A stretch of 64,000 bases of DNA from contig NC_134032.1 in assembly GCF_964204645.1 (NCBI RefSeq), positions 4,984,175 to 5,048,174 on the forward strand, given 5' to 3'. Shown here in pieces: positions 37,388 through 49,300 of this stretch. Below the pieces are notes generated by a model. The model made no database searches, was not told the origin of the DNA, and saw nothing but the letters and a program-made list of their open reading frames with translations. The stretch is from Tubulanus polymorphus. Its lineage: Eukaryota; Animalia; Nemertea. Every line of letters begins with the position of its first letter. Within the stretch, counting starts at the first letter, position 1. Both the position numbers and the translations under genes were made by a program.

Positions 37388-38150
37388 CTGTCTATCTGTC
37401 TGTTTGTCTGACAGTAGAGAAGTGGATGGGAAATGGGCAACTCTATGGTTTTTAAACCATAGAGTTATGTTCGGGTTTAATCCCTCCCGCTCGCTCTACT
37501 GTCAGCCGATTAAATATTAATGTATTCTGTTTGTCTATGTCTGTCTGTCTGTCTATCTGTCTGTTTGTCTGACAGTAGAGAAGTGGATGGGAAATGGGCA
37601 ACTCTATGGTTTTTAAACCATAGAGTTATGTTCGGGTTTAATCCCTCCCGCTCGCTCTACTGTCAGCCGATTAAATATTAATGTATTCTGTCTGTCTATG
37701 TCTGTCTGTCAGTCTATCTGTCTGTTTGTCTGACAGTAGAGAAGTGGATGGGAAATGGGCAACTCTATGGTTTTTAAACCATAGAGTTATGTTCGGGTTT
37801 AATCCCTCCCGCTCGCTCTACTGTCAGCCGATTAAATATTAATGTATTCTGTTTGTCTATGTCTGTCTGTCAGTCTATCTGTCTGTTTGTCTGACAGTAG
37901 AGAAGTGGATGGGAAATGGGCAACTCTATGGTTTTTAAACCATAGAGTTATGTTCGGGTTTAATCCCTCCCGCTCGCTCTACTGTCAGCCGATTAAATAT
38001 TAATGTATTCTGTCTGTCTATGTCTGTCTGTCAGTCTATCTGTCTGTTTGTCTGACAGTAGAGAAGTGGATGGGAAATGGGCAACTCTATGGTTTTTAAA
38101 CCGTAGAGTTATGTTCGGGTTTAATCCCTCCCGCTCGCTCTACTGTCAGC
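37388..38150 (+). repeat. 161-bp tandem repeat, 5 units (last partial), each a nested hairpin
   Basis: GACAGTAGAG at 37410, 37571, 37732, 37893, 38054. Confidence 0.96.
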
Positions 38151-38496
38151 GGCTGTAAACGTTTCAATAAAATCTTAATCTACTTACAACAATCCTTTCT
38201 ACTTCACATCGGCATCACTTGAATTTAACTCTTGGAAATATCGCATCATCGCAGTATGTCATCTCCAGTAGGCTATGTCCTAATGAGTACAACAACAAAA
38301 ATTTAGACAAAATATCGAGGTCAAGGGACTGACTAGCACAAAGCTGAAATAATTTTTGTGACAGCTTCTTTTTACAAATTGATTCACTTATGGCACCTCA
38401 GACTCAAAGACAAATTTCGCTAGTCCCAGTCAGACGAATCTCGCCACCCGGCCCCCCACAGTCCCAGTCCCGAATGACAAGAATTTTTAATTTCAT

Positions 38497-38967
38497 CACA
38501 GGCACTTGAATATGGGCTTTGACCTTGTTGGTGTGTTAAAAATGATAAAATTTATTGTAATTTACGATAAAAACACCACGAAGTGGCATCGCAAATTTTC
38601 AAAAATCAATTTTGTTGCCAGTTGAAATCTTTAACGGAGCTAAAACAGTGTCAATATTTCCAAAAAATCATCTACAATTGAAATTATGGGCGCTCCTTGT
38701 ATTTCAGGATTAAAATTAACACTTGGGACGTACTTCGGCAATCATCGGCAGTGTTCGGCTGTCCCGATAGTTGCGGGTAGATTTAAGCATTACGGAGATA
38801 GGAGCGTTTCCAGCCTTTCTGTATAGTATAGTTAGACGAGGGGCACGCGTTGCATCACGGGTAACTTCATTATAAAACATGGCGGATTATCGAAGTCAGG
38901 AATAACATATCGCTGGTGAATTATTAAATATTTATCCATTATCAAAGCCCATATTCAAGTGCCTGTG
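38497..38967. mobile_element. 471-bp MITE with 26-bp TIRs and 7-bp TSD (P-superfamily-like), nested in the transposon
   Basis: CACAGGCACTTGAATATGGGCTTTGA / TCAAAGCCCATATTCAAGTGCCTGTG; ATTTCAT on both flanks. Confidence 0.85.
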
Positions 38968-40269
38968 ATTTCATAGGCTAGGCCTATTCCAATCATGTGG
39001 CCTAAGGATGACATGTAAGTAAGACAAATTGGCTTTCCTTTTGTCTCTTTCTCTGAGAAAACCACAGGACATTGGGGCCTAGGCCTACTACTATTTGCTG
39101 CTCTAATCGCTAAGTAGACTGTCTGTGCCAACTTACTCGACCCGACAACTGACGAACTGTTAGTGTTCCCTGCTATTTTAGGCCTACACTACTACTCGCT
39201 TTTGCCACACACAGCGCTAGTCGGAGCTAAAAAGTGCATGCTCCGATCAGCAGTAGACTCTTCCCGGACATATATGTCGTAAAATACCCTTTGAGTAGTG
39301 TTATTACTATTTTCCGAGGATTTTAGGCCTAAACAAAGTGAAACAGCTGAGAGTTACTTCCGGGTAGCAACGCGACTAAAAGATGGAGATTAAGTTTATT
39401 TTCGCTTGCCGGTGGAGATTAAAACGGGTAAATTCTTAGAGGAAATTAATTATAAATACTACTCACACATATTACAACTATATTGTGTTTTTACTTACTA
39501 TACATTTTCGAAATATAATCGACTGTTAAGGATCGGTATTGAACGCTCGCGCCGGCTTGCCGACTGCTTGAAGCGGCAGCCATTACAGATACACGGAATA
39601 TTCCCAGCGGCCTTTGCGAATTTCTTAGAAAAGCACCTTGCCGCAGGTGGTTGTGGCAGGTGCGAGTTGACACTTTGTACAGCCGTGATGAATCAAAACT
39701 TTTACGGAATGGATTACTTGATGCAACAGATCAAGAATTAGAAGAATTAGATATATTTTCTGATAACACAATTAGATAGGTTATTAGTATAAGGCTTGCA
39801 TCTGATAATAGATTAATAGTAATTTTCATAGATTTGTTGATAGAAATTAAATTCTCAAATAACATTAAAAGATAGAAAAAAATGATTACTTAAGTTAGAA
39901 GGTATAACAATTATTTCAATTCTAACAGCTGTGACTGTGGTATTTACAACAATAGGTTTAGCTATTTAAAATTCATTAAAATCTACACCAAATCCAAATA
40001 AACCAGATTAACCACCACAAGATAATAATTCTATACAAGATTAAGTTAATGATTTGAAGCAAATTAGCAAACTATCTATGGGAACTATCTAAATATCTGC
40101 TGCAGCTTTACTTGGTGTTATAGCATCAATTCTTAGTTTTGTTTTAAAGTCTGCTAGAAACATTATTAGTTATGGGTAAATATATGATGAGATCTTTCTG
40201 CTTTAATTGCAGTAGATATTCTACAATTCTTAGAAGGATTTATATATAACTCCCACTCATTTATTTAAG

Positions 40270-41735
40270 AAGGAAAAATGAATTATTTATCATATTCACT
40301 AAGCTAAAAATAATTGCACTGACAACTGTTATTAAATATAAAATTATATGTTCAGCGGCAAAACTAATAATGTTTCCAGCAGGATTTAAAACAAAACTAA
40401 TAATTGATGCTATAACACCAGAAAAAGCTGCAGCAGATATTTTAGATAGTTCCCATAGATATTTTGCTAATTTTTTCAAACCATCATTAACTCAATCTTG
40501 TATAGAATTATTATCATTTGGTGGTTAATCTGGTTTATTTGGATTTGGTGTATATTTTAATGAATTTTAAATAGCTAAACCTATTGTTGTAAATATCATA
40601 GTTACAACTATTAGAATTGAAATAATTGTCATACCTTCTAATTTAAGTAATTATTTTATTCTATCTTTTATTGATATTTCAGAATTTAATTCTTATCAAC
40701 AAATCTTTAAAAATTACTGTTAATCTATTATCAGATGCAAGCCTTATACTAATAATTTATCTAATTGTGTTATCAGAAAATATATCTAATTCTTCTAATT
40801 CTTGATCTGTTGCATCAAGTAATCGATTCCGTAAAAGTTTTTCAGTTTCAGTTACTAGTTTGGGAAGTTACATTCTGTTCAGAAGTTGTTTCCGTTTCTA
40901 AATCATTATTGATTGTTTCAAATAATTCATCAATTCTTTGTTTACATACTCTTTTATTTTGATTCACTTCTGTGTCGGTAACATTTTCTATTTCATTACT
41001 ATTACTTATTCTTTTAATTCTAGATGGTTCTAAATTACTCAAAGTTGGTTCTGCTTATATTTTATTTTGATTTTTATCAGAGATATTAATATAATAATCA
41101 TCTTTCAAATGATAATAATATTCACCATCTAAAAACTTTAATTCTCTTACTAAATGTCTGGCACCTCTATCATTTACATTATATCCATATTTTTCAAATA
41201 TAGGTTTGAAAAGATAACTATATTCATTATATTCTAAATTTTGTGTTACTAAATCTGGATTTTCATTTTCAGGATTTATTCTCGATTTAGTTCTTCTAAA
41301 CTCGTCTGTTGATGGATCTTAAGAATCGTTATCTGCTAAATTAAAATTGTATTTTGTATCATAACCATTATCAAAATTAGTTTCATTAAAATCAGGTTGT
41401 GGTTCATCACTTATACTAGGCTCATCGAAAGTATCCATTGGAATATCTTATCCACCTTCTACATCCATTTATATCTTATAAAAGTTAAAAATTTAAAATA
41501 TAAGATTCCTCCTATTATAATACCTACACAAGTTATAGCTAATTTAGTATTTTCATGTGATTTATAATCATTATTACTTTTTTGTGCTGATAATGAACCA
41601 TTTTTAACTATATGCTTAAAAAATATCCACCACCTGTAAATGCTAAAGCGTTAACAATTGCCGATCCTATAATAGTTATAATTGCAGATGCTATTTATTT
41701 AACAAAAATTATGCGTTTATAGGAGGAATATATTT
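40270..41735 (-). mobile_element. Polinton copy D, inverted and internally deleted derivative
   Basis: Reverse complement joins the start of the MASAVIT ORF to the end of the ~430-aa ORF, then a shortened coiled-coil/membrane ORF. Confidence 0.82.
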
Positions 41736-42712
41736 TTAGCATTGGTTGACGTCCATGACGTCATGCCAATGCTAGTAAAATGGATCGAAAATAGTAGTAC
41801 GAAAAAAATAGCTCCTACTCCTCTCATTTTCATAGTAACTTCAAATTTTCACTCCGTTCTCGTAAAACATTAGAAACATCTGAAAATGATTAAAAAATGT
41901 TTCAATTATTCCCCACAACATAGCGTCGCCAGATTTCAGATTTTATGGTCCAAAAAGTTATTAGATCGCATTTTTCTCGTTCATTATCTGGTTGATAAGA
42001 GCAGGTTAAACAATCGCGTAGCGATATGTCCGCATTGACATTGGCAGTAAAGAATGGGGAACAGCCTCTTCTGAATAGAAAAACATAAAATTATGTACCT
42101 CCGGTTTATAAATATCACAGTGTTTGGATATCACTGTTATTCCAACTATCAGTATCCATGGGATTATTTGGGATTAATTCTCAGTGTCAGAATACTTATT
42201 TCTAGAGCAGTGGAACGGCAGCCTACTCGTGACTGAAACCCGTATGTGATCGTGCGGGAACGCCGTCACTAAAGTTAAAACCATTTCATGATGACACGAA
42301 ACGGTAAACGGTAGGCTACCACCATGACACGATATCACCAATAAAGATAGATCATATTATTCAATTTTACTAGGGTTGTTTATTGGAGGAAAATATCATT
42401 GTTAAGTACGGCGAGAACAACCATGTTGTATTATCAATCAGTTGACTGACATTGTAAAATTCGATTTGGCTGTATTGTGATAGAAGCCTACTTTTTAGGA
42501 CGCCCTACCCGCCTGCTGCGCACTTATTAGGCGGTAGCACCCTCTTACGCACTCGGCAGAGATTCGCTTTGTAATGCGCGCCGGGAAAAAATACCTTTTA
42601 TTATCTTTTCCATGCGTTAAACAACAGTGATTGAACTTACGCGTCGTTTGTCGTAAATTGCAATATTGCGATGGTTATTTGCCGCTGCTGTAAGTTTTTG
42701 GAATTGAATCGA

Positions 42713-42810
42713 GCTGTCTCGGTAGCTCAGTGAGATAAGGCGTGATACTTTTGAATCCACTATCAATGCTGAATTACAAGTGGGTTCGAGTCCTGCTGGC
42801 TGAGAACAGT
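42713..42810 (+). ncRNA. tRNA-derived sequence (SINE head or tRNA pseudogene)
   Basis: A box TAGCTCAGTG and B box GGTTCGAGTCC; cloverleaf imperfect. Confidence 0.45.
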
Positions 42811-44964
42811 GTGCGGGCAACACCTCAAAGGCCATACCGTCGTGATGTTAAATGAACAATCCAATAGGAATAGTCTTGGGAAATCAAGATCCAAACGACG
42901 TACGTAAAGCCAAACAAACAAAAAGACAAACAAACAATCATCAGCCGGCCTCAGTGCCACCACGCCGGCATCGCTCTCTGCGACGTTTAGCATGCGTGCA
43001 TGCTCTAAGAGCATTGGAGCTCTAAGATCCGAGGATCTTGCAATTGCATTCAGAAAAATCGTTCTGTTTTGTTTTCATTACTCAGTGGGGCCTAACAGTT
43101 TATGCGTAAAAATGGGTTTTTGTATCCAAATCTTGATTGATATAAATATCTTGGCTGGGACATGATAGAAAACATCAGAATAAACTAGTTTCGTCTTTTT
43201 AACAGAATCGCATTAATGAGGTTTTACAGTACTAGCCTAGGCTAAATCGTTCGGCAGAAAATAAATTCATTTTCAGGAATAAAATCCTACTAGACAATAG
43301 ACCTTTAAGTCTGTGGTCCTCCCAATCAACATCGTCATAGAAGATTTGCCGGCAGATGTAAAACATTATAACCACTTAATCCCACAGTATAATCTACCAA
43401 TCTTTTAAGGCCCATGGGCCTCTTGTTGTTTTTTCAAATAATCATTAGTTAAATTAGATAAAGTAACTGCTAACGTTAAAATGTCATTTATATCAAATGT
43501 ATTAACATCAGTATTAACCGTCGCTCATGTTTGTTCTTTACCACGTGGATTCAGTGGTTTTACCAGTGCGCGTGTCGTACCAACGAATTTCTCCCGATTT
43601 ATAAACAATGAATAATAGATATCAGCTCAGATTAAGTTAATGTTCACCTGGCAGGACCTATTTTATTTCTTAATTAAATTTTACGCCTGGTCATGAGAAG
43701 GCGTATTGTTATATTAATGGGTGTATGATTTCATCAGAAGCGGCAGGCATAAATAGAAATGATAAGTAAATCGGATTATTCAGTCAAAATTGTGGATAAA
43801 CGATGCGGAAGTCTGATATAAAAGCAAGACCCTGACATGGGAATGCTGGTTGAATGACGAAGCTATCTACGATCTGTGTAGGGCCGGCGTGAAGTTTTTC
43901 GGGTGCTACAATATCGGCGGCGGTTAATATAAAAATTTGTAAACATATAATTTCAATATTTAAATGTTTTAGAAAATATGTTCGATAAGGGGTATGCAGG
44001 TTTTGCAGGTTTCAGGAGAACGACCCCGATAAGAAATTTATAATAGCACGGCTGTCGTATACGGCTTCGCCTCCTCTGACTGCATGTGTATCAGGTGACA
44101 ATGTAAGAAGCAGTATGCACAGGCTCTCGCCGATATGCTTGGGATATAGTTCCCGGGGTTTTTGAGAGTGTATCTGTGTTTTGAGTGGGTATTCTGCAAA
44201 AAATCAGAGAAAAAACGTCTTGCTATTGATACGTTTAAAAAGATAATGACCGCTGGCTCCACACACGGTGACATCACAAAATACTAACAAATTTCGTTTT
44301 TGAATAAACAAAATAAGACTTTTATTTTACATGACACTTACTTGTAATATTAGCATATTATTCACACTGGCCAGTGTCCTCAGCTCCGCGGTAGTTAAGG
44401 ATGGGTAGCGATCGAGCCAATACCCTGTTATACGTTAAAATGTGGTTTTAATTTTTTTTTAAATCCATTCCTACTACATAGAATATTTCAACTAAAAACC
44501 ACTCGTGACCCACACGAACTCAAACGACATGCACCACTCGAGATCCAAACGAAGACTTATCGCTATGCTGATCACACGTGACCAGTGTGAATAGTATGTT
44601 ATTCACACTTACCTCTAAACTCAAAAACTGACTGAAAGGAGGAGCAAACTGAAGAATATAACTAATGACACATACACGCGAACACTTCAAAACGACTAGA
44701 CCATCATAACACCGCAGTACCCACTATGAGCGACATTTGTATTCAATAAAATGCTGTCCCAAATCGCGTCATTACTCTGTTGTGATGCCTATCAACACCG
44801 TTGGCTTTCCAAAACCATAACTGAAAACCTTTGACAGTTTCATTTGATGAAGCTAGGACGACCGGACTGATCCACAAACCAACACGCAGACAATCAGAGC
44901 CAACTTTGAAAGAAACCATGACTCGAGAATGTACTGGTACGTGTACGCGTTTCTTCAAGTCGGG

Positions 44965-45359
44965 TGTTGACGCCACGTTTCGGCTCTTGTAGTTTAAAGT
45001 TTGTATGGTTACTTCAGTTCGAAGTTTGTAACTTCATATGTCTGCATTGTGCTGCCACCTATTATTCTTATAATTTTTCGGCTTTTTTACGTCATTCTTG
45101 GTAGCCATATTTGAACGCAGCTGGTTTTTGGTTTAGCAATATCTTGTCAAAAGGCTCAATTGTTCCGTAAGTTTAATTCAAGATAATTCGTAACTTTATT
45201 TATCAGTTGCATATTAGAAGTAAGTTTTCTGTATATTGAATCACAAACTTGTAAAGTTTCATTTCATATTGTAGAAACGTCTTTTCGTCTTGGTCGATAT
45301 GGTCGAATAAAGTCAGTTTGGAATTTGAGAAACAAAATTCTTGGTTGTCAGTTGCAACA
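44965..45359 (+). repeat. Putative 5' LTR of the BEL/Pao element
   Basis: TGTTG...CAACA inverted termini, AATAAA at 45306, ends 26 bp before the gag ATG. The 3' LTR is outside the window. Confidence 0.6.
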
Positions 45360-45385
45360 TTGTTTGGAACAAGTAACTTGCTATA

Positions 45386-48300
45386 ATGGATTCGGACAAG
45401 GAAGATAAGCTCAAGAAGTCGAGAGGTGGTTTTAAAGCTCAAGTGACCAGTAGGAGCAATAAACTGCGAGCTGCGTTAAAATTGAAATCCGGAAACGATG
45501 AAGTCGATAAGCTACTTATGGATTTAACTGACGCGTGGACAAAGTTTGAGGAATCCCACGACCAGTATCATGGTTTAATTCCGGAAGAAGATGTGGATCG
45601 CGTTGAGGAATCGTTCGTGTATTTCGAAAGGGAAGAAGATAAGTACCATGAACTCAGGAAAAAGGCAAAATGCTATCTTGCTTTTAACGTTGTCGATCAA
45701 AAGCAGGGACAATCCCTCACCGAAGAGCGCAGTAAAGTTATGCCAGACGCGGTTAACAAGGCCGGTTCTTGTCAAAGCGATATTGACCATGACCGGTCAC
45801 GGTCTACTGCTGTTCGTAGCGAAGAGGACTTGAACTCTTTGGTGCAAAATCTCGTTAAGATGTCCTTGCCGAAACCTGAAATGCCGGTTTTTAGTGGTCA
45901 TCCTAGTGACTATTGTTACTTCGTAAATGCTTTCGAAAACTTGATCGAATTGAAAACGTCCTGTAGTCGCGAAAGATTGTATTATCTTGTTCAATACACA
46001 AGAGGTGATGTACAAGAACTAATTAAAAGTTATCTCGTTAACGATCCAGATGAAGCCTATCCAGAGGCTAGGCTTGCTTTGAAAAAGCGATTCGGAAGTA
46101 ATTACGCAATTGCGACGGCTTTAGTTGATCGTATAATCGATGGTCCCGTGATTAAGTCGGAGGATGCGAATGCATTAATGAACTTGAGTGTGCAACTATC
46201 AAGCTGTCATAATACTTTACGTGAAATCGGCTTCATGAGTAAAATCGAAAACCCCGATAATCTTAGGCGAATTATTGCTAGATTGCCATATGATTTGAAA
46301 AAGCGCTGGCGTACTAAGGCGGACTATATTTTCTTTTCTATGTCGCTTTTGAATGTCGCGAGATACTTTTGGAGGATATATCTGTTTTCGTGGAAAATGA
46401 AGCCCGCATCGTCAACCATCCTATTTTCGGTAAAATTGCAGATGGCCCCCGGGATAAAAAATTTCACGGTGTTGCTAGTTTGGGTAAACAGAAGAGTTGT
46501 GCTGCGAATTCTCAACAAGTGCAGAATGTTACCGTCACGCCACGGTCATTAAACCCGAATAATAGCTCGTGCTTTCTGTGTAAACAAGACCATCTCTTGT
46601 CAAACTGTTTAAGTTTTAAAGACAAACTCATGCATGACAGATTAGCGTTTTTAAGAACCAACAATCTGTGTTTCAATTGTTTCGGCGTGCATCATCGGGC
46701 ACGTAATTGTCGAAAAATGCCATGTGGCGTGTGTGGTTATAGACACAATATTCTATTGCATCGTTACGCTCCTGCGCCCAACATTTCGCCTACTGATAAC
46801 TCGCCTACGGATGTCGCTGTTCAACAGAATCGTACTACGAGTTCTTTCATCAAAAAGCCACATGTTGCTGTTGGTATGCCTATCGTGCCTGTCAAGGTTA
46901 AAAGAATGTCTAATGATTTATGCGTGATGACGTACGCTCTTCTCGATACGGGATCAAATTCAACATTCTGTTCAGAACAATTGCTAAGCGATCTAGGGTG
47001 CTGCTCGAGTGATAGGCGAGTTGCTCACTCCTTGTTTACATTGAACTTTTTGGATCGCGAATCGGTCTCTCTTGTCGCTGATCTTCGCGTTTATGATTTG
47101 GAGGAAAACTCAATGCTTGTTTTTAATGATGTTTATTCGCAGCCAAAGTTACCAATTGATCGTAGCGATATTCCTAGGCAGGAGGAAATAGACAGATGGG
47201 TACACTTAGACGGTGTACTTCTATCACGAGTTGATGCCGAGGTGAGTCTAATTATTGGCAGTGACAACAGCTTAGCTTTAGAGCCAATTGAAGTTAGATC
47301 GAGTTCTCGCGGTGGTCCGTATGCGGTGAAAACAATTTTCGATTGGGCGGTCAATGGTCCATTATGCACGAAGAATAATCGATCGCAGCCTAAGTCATGT
47401 TCAATCAAGTCTTGTTCAATCAAGTCCGACGAAAGTCTAAACAAACAGTTCGAGGTTTATTGTAACATGGAGTTCAACGATTTGAATACGAACAACTTAT
47501 CCGATACGTCGTATGATGATAAAAGAGCGCTAACTATCATGGAATCAACTGTTAAGCTGACCGACGACGGTCACTACAAGTTAAGCTTGCCCTGGAAACA
47601 TGATAAACCGAGCTTGCCTAATAACCGCGCTTTAGCCAAGCATAGATTTGATTTGCTTGAACGTCGTTTCGATAAGGATCCTAAGCTAAACGTCGAGTAC
47701 ACCGCATTCGTCGATAAGATGATTAATTGCCGGTTTTGCGAATTGATTCCTGATGAAGATTTAAATCGCAATGATGGGCTCGTTTGGTACCATCCGCATC
47801 ACCCTGTATACCATCCGCGAAAAAACAAACTCAGGTTCGTCTAAATTTCATGGTATTTCACTCAATGATAATCTCCTGCAAGGACCGAATCTAACTAGCC
47901 TATTAATTGGCGTATTGATACGTTTTAGGCAAGAACGAGTCGCTTTTATGGCTGATGTTGAAGGGATGTTTAATCAAGTTCGGGTAACTCCTATGTGCGA
48001 TGTTCTTAGATTCCTATGGTTCTCATCGAGTCACGAGATAGTAGAGTATAGAATGCGTGTACATTTATTCGGTGCTGCGTCCAGTCCTAGTTGCCCTAAT
48101 TTTGCTATTCAGAGATCCGCGATTGACAACCGCGACGTGTTTGGTGACGATGTTATAGATACTGTGTTGCGCAATTTTTACGTGGACGATTGTCTGAAGT
48201 CTGTATGCTCCGATGAGTCTGCCGTTGATCTCCTATCTCATGTGATAAAAGTTTTAGCGATGGGCGGCTTCAGATTAACTCAAGTATCTTCGAATTCGCG

Positions 48301-48827
48301 TCGCGTCTTGGAGTCTGTTCCGGAAGCTGATAGAGCTAAGACAGTTAAAGATTTAAGTTTTGATCAGTTACCTTTCGAACACGCTCTCGGTGTCTTGTGG
48401 AATATGGACACTGATGAGTTTTGTTTTAAAGTCAACGCACGAGAGGATGCAAGGAAAACGCGTCGCGGTATATTAGCTAGCGTTAGCACTCTGTATGACC
48501 CTATCGGTTTTACGGCTCCTCTAACTCTGCGCGTTAAATCGCTCCTGCAGGAGCTTTGCCGTCTTAAGCTTGGATGGGATGATCCAATACCCGACCGGTA
48601 CGGAGCGATTTGGTTGTCATGGTTAACTGACATATCTAAGATCGAAAAGTTAGCAATCGAGAGATGCTTTAAGCCTTGCGAATTCGGAGAGGTTAAGTCG
48701 GTTCAGCTGCATCATTTTTCTGATGCTTCAGAGGCTGGTTACGGTTCTGTGTCTTATATTCGCCTATTGGATGATCGCGACCGTATTCATTGTAGTTTCG
48801 TAACGGGAAAATCACGAGTAACTCCTC
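45386..48827 (+). pseudogene. BEL/Pao LTR retrotransposon gag-pol (gag, zinc knuckles, protease, RT, start of RNase H)
   Basis: CFLCKQDHLLSNC, CFNCFGVHHRARNC, CGVCGYRHNILLH; LLDTGSN; SLNDNLLQGPNL; FYVDD; HHFSDASEAGYG; two frameshifts. Confidence 0.95.
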
Positions 48828-49246
48828 AGTAATAGGGATAATAGGCTTTCAGGCCAAAGGTCGAACGGTCGAGCTCGTAAAAAATGAAAAACATGAAAAT
48901 AATTACAATTTCTACTTGAATTACTCGCGAAACTCATAAAAATGAAAAATAAATTCTCACACACTCGAATTTATTTTTCATTTTTATGAGTTTCACTCCT
49001 AATTCAAGTAGAAATTGTAATTATTTTCATGTTTTTCATTTTTTACTCACCCGCCCGTTCAACCTTTAAACTGAAAGCCTATTATCCCTATTACTCTTAA
49101 AATAATCATATAAATGAATAACATTTAAATTGACAGATTATTCAATATAAAAGTATATATTTACAACGTTATTTCAATATTCATATTTGTGTGAGTTAGA
49201 TTTTATACATTAAAAGTGTTAGTAAAGTGTGATTGAAATAATGCAT
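48828..49246. repeat. Left TIR of copy C; outer 268 bp (48828-49095) forms a hairpin
   Basis: Reverse complement of 63187-63606 with about 8 differences counted by eye. Confidence 0.96.
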
Positions 49247-49300
49247 GATATAAATCATTGAACTTCTAAAATCAATTTTAATAAAAAATTTAGTATTAAA

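Larger units (their letters stand above)
32746..39687 (+). mobile_element. Chapaev-like (CMC/Transib/RAG1-related) DNA transposon, full length, 6942 bp
   Basis: 11-bp TIRs CACGGCTGTAC / GTACAGCCGTG; 4-bp TSD ATGA (32742-45, 39688-91); the empty site is visible in the inverted copy near 40965. Confidence 0.88.

Noticed and set aside
37388-38150. 161-bp hairpin array as CRISPR-like
   Set aside because: Whole units are near-identical; there are no variable spacers.
44047-44060. CACGGCTGT resembling the Chapaev-like TIR
   Set aside because: I found no partner inverted end or TSD.
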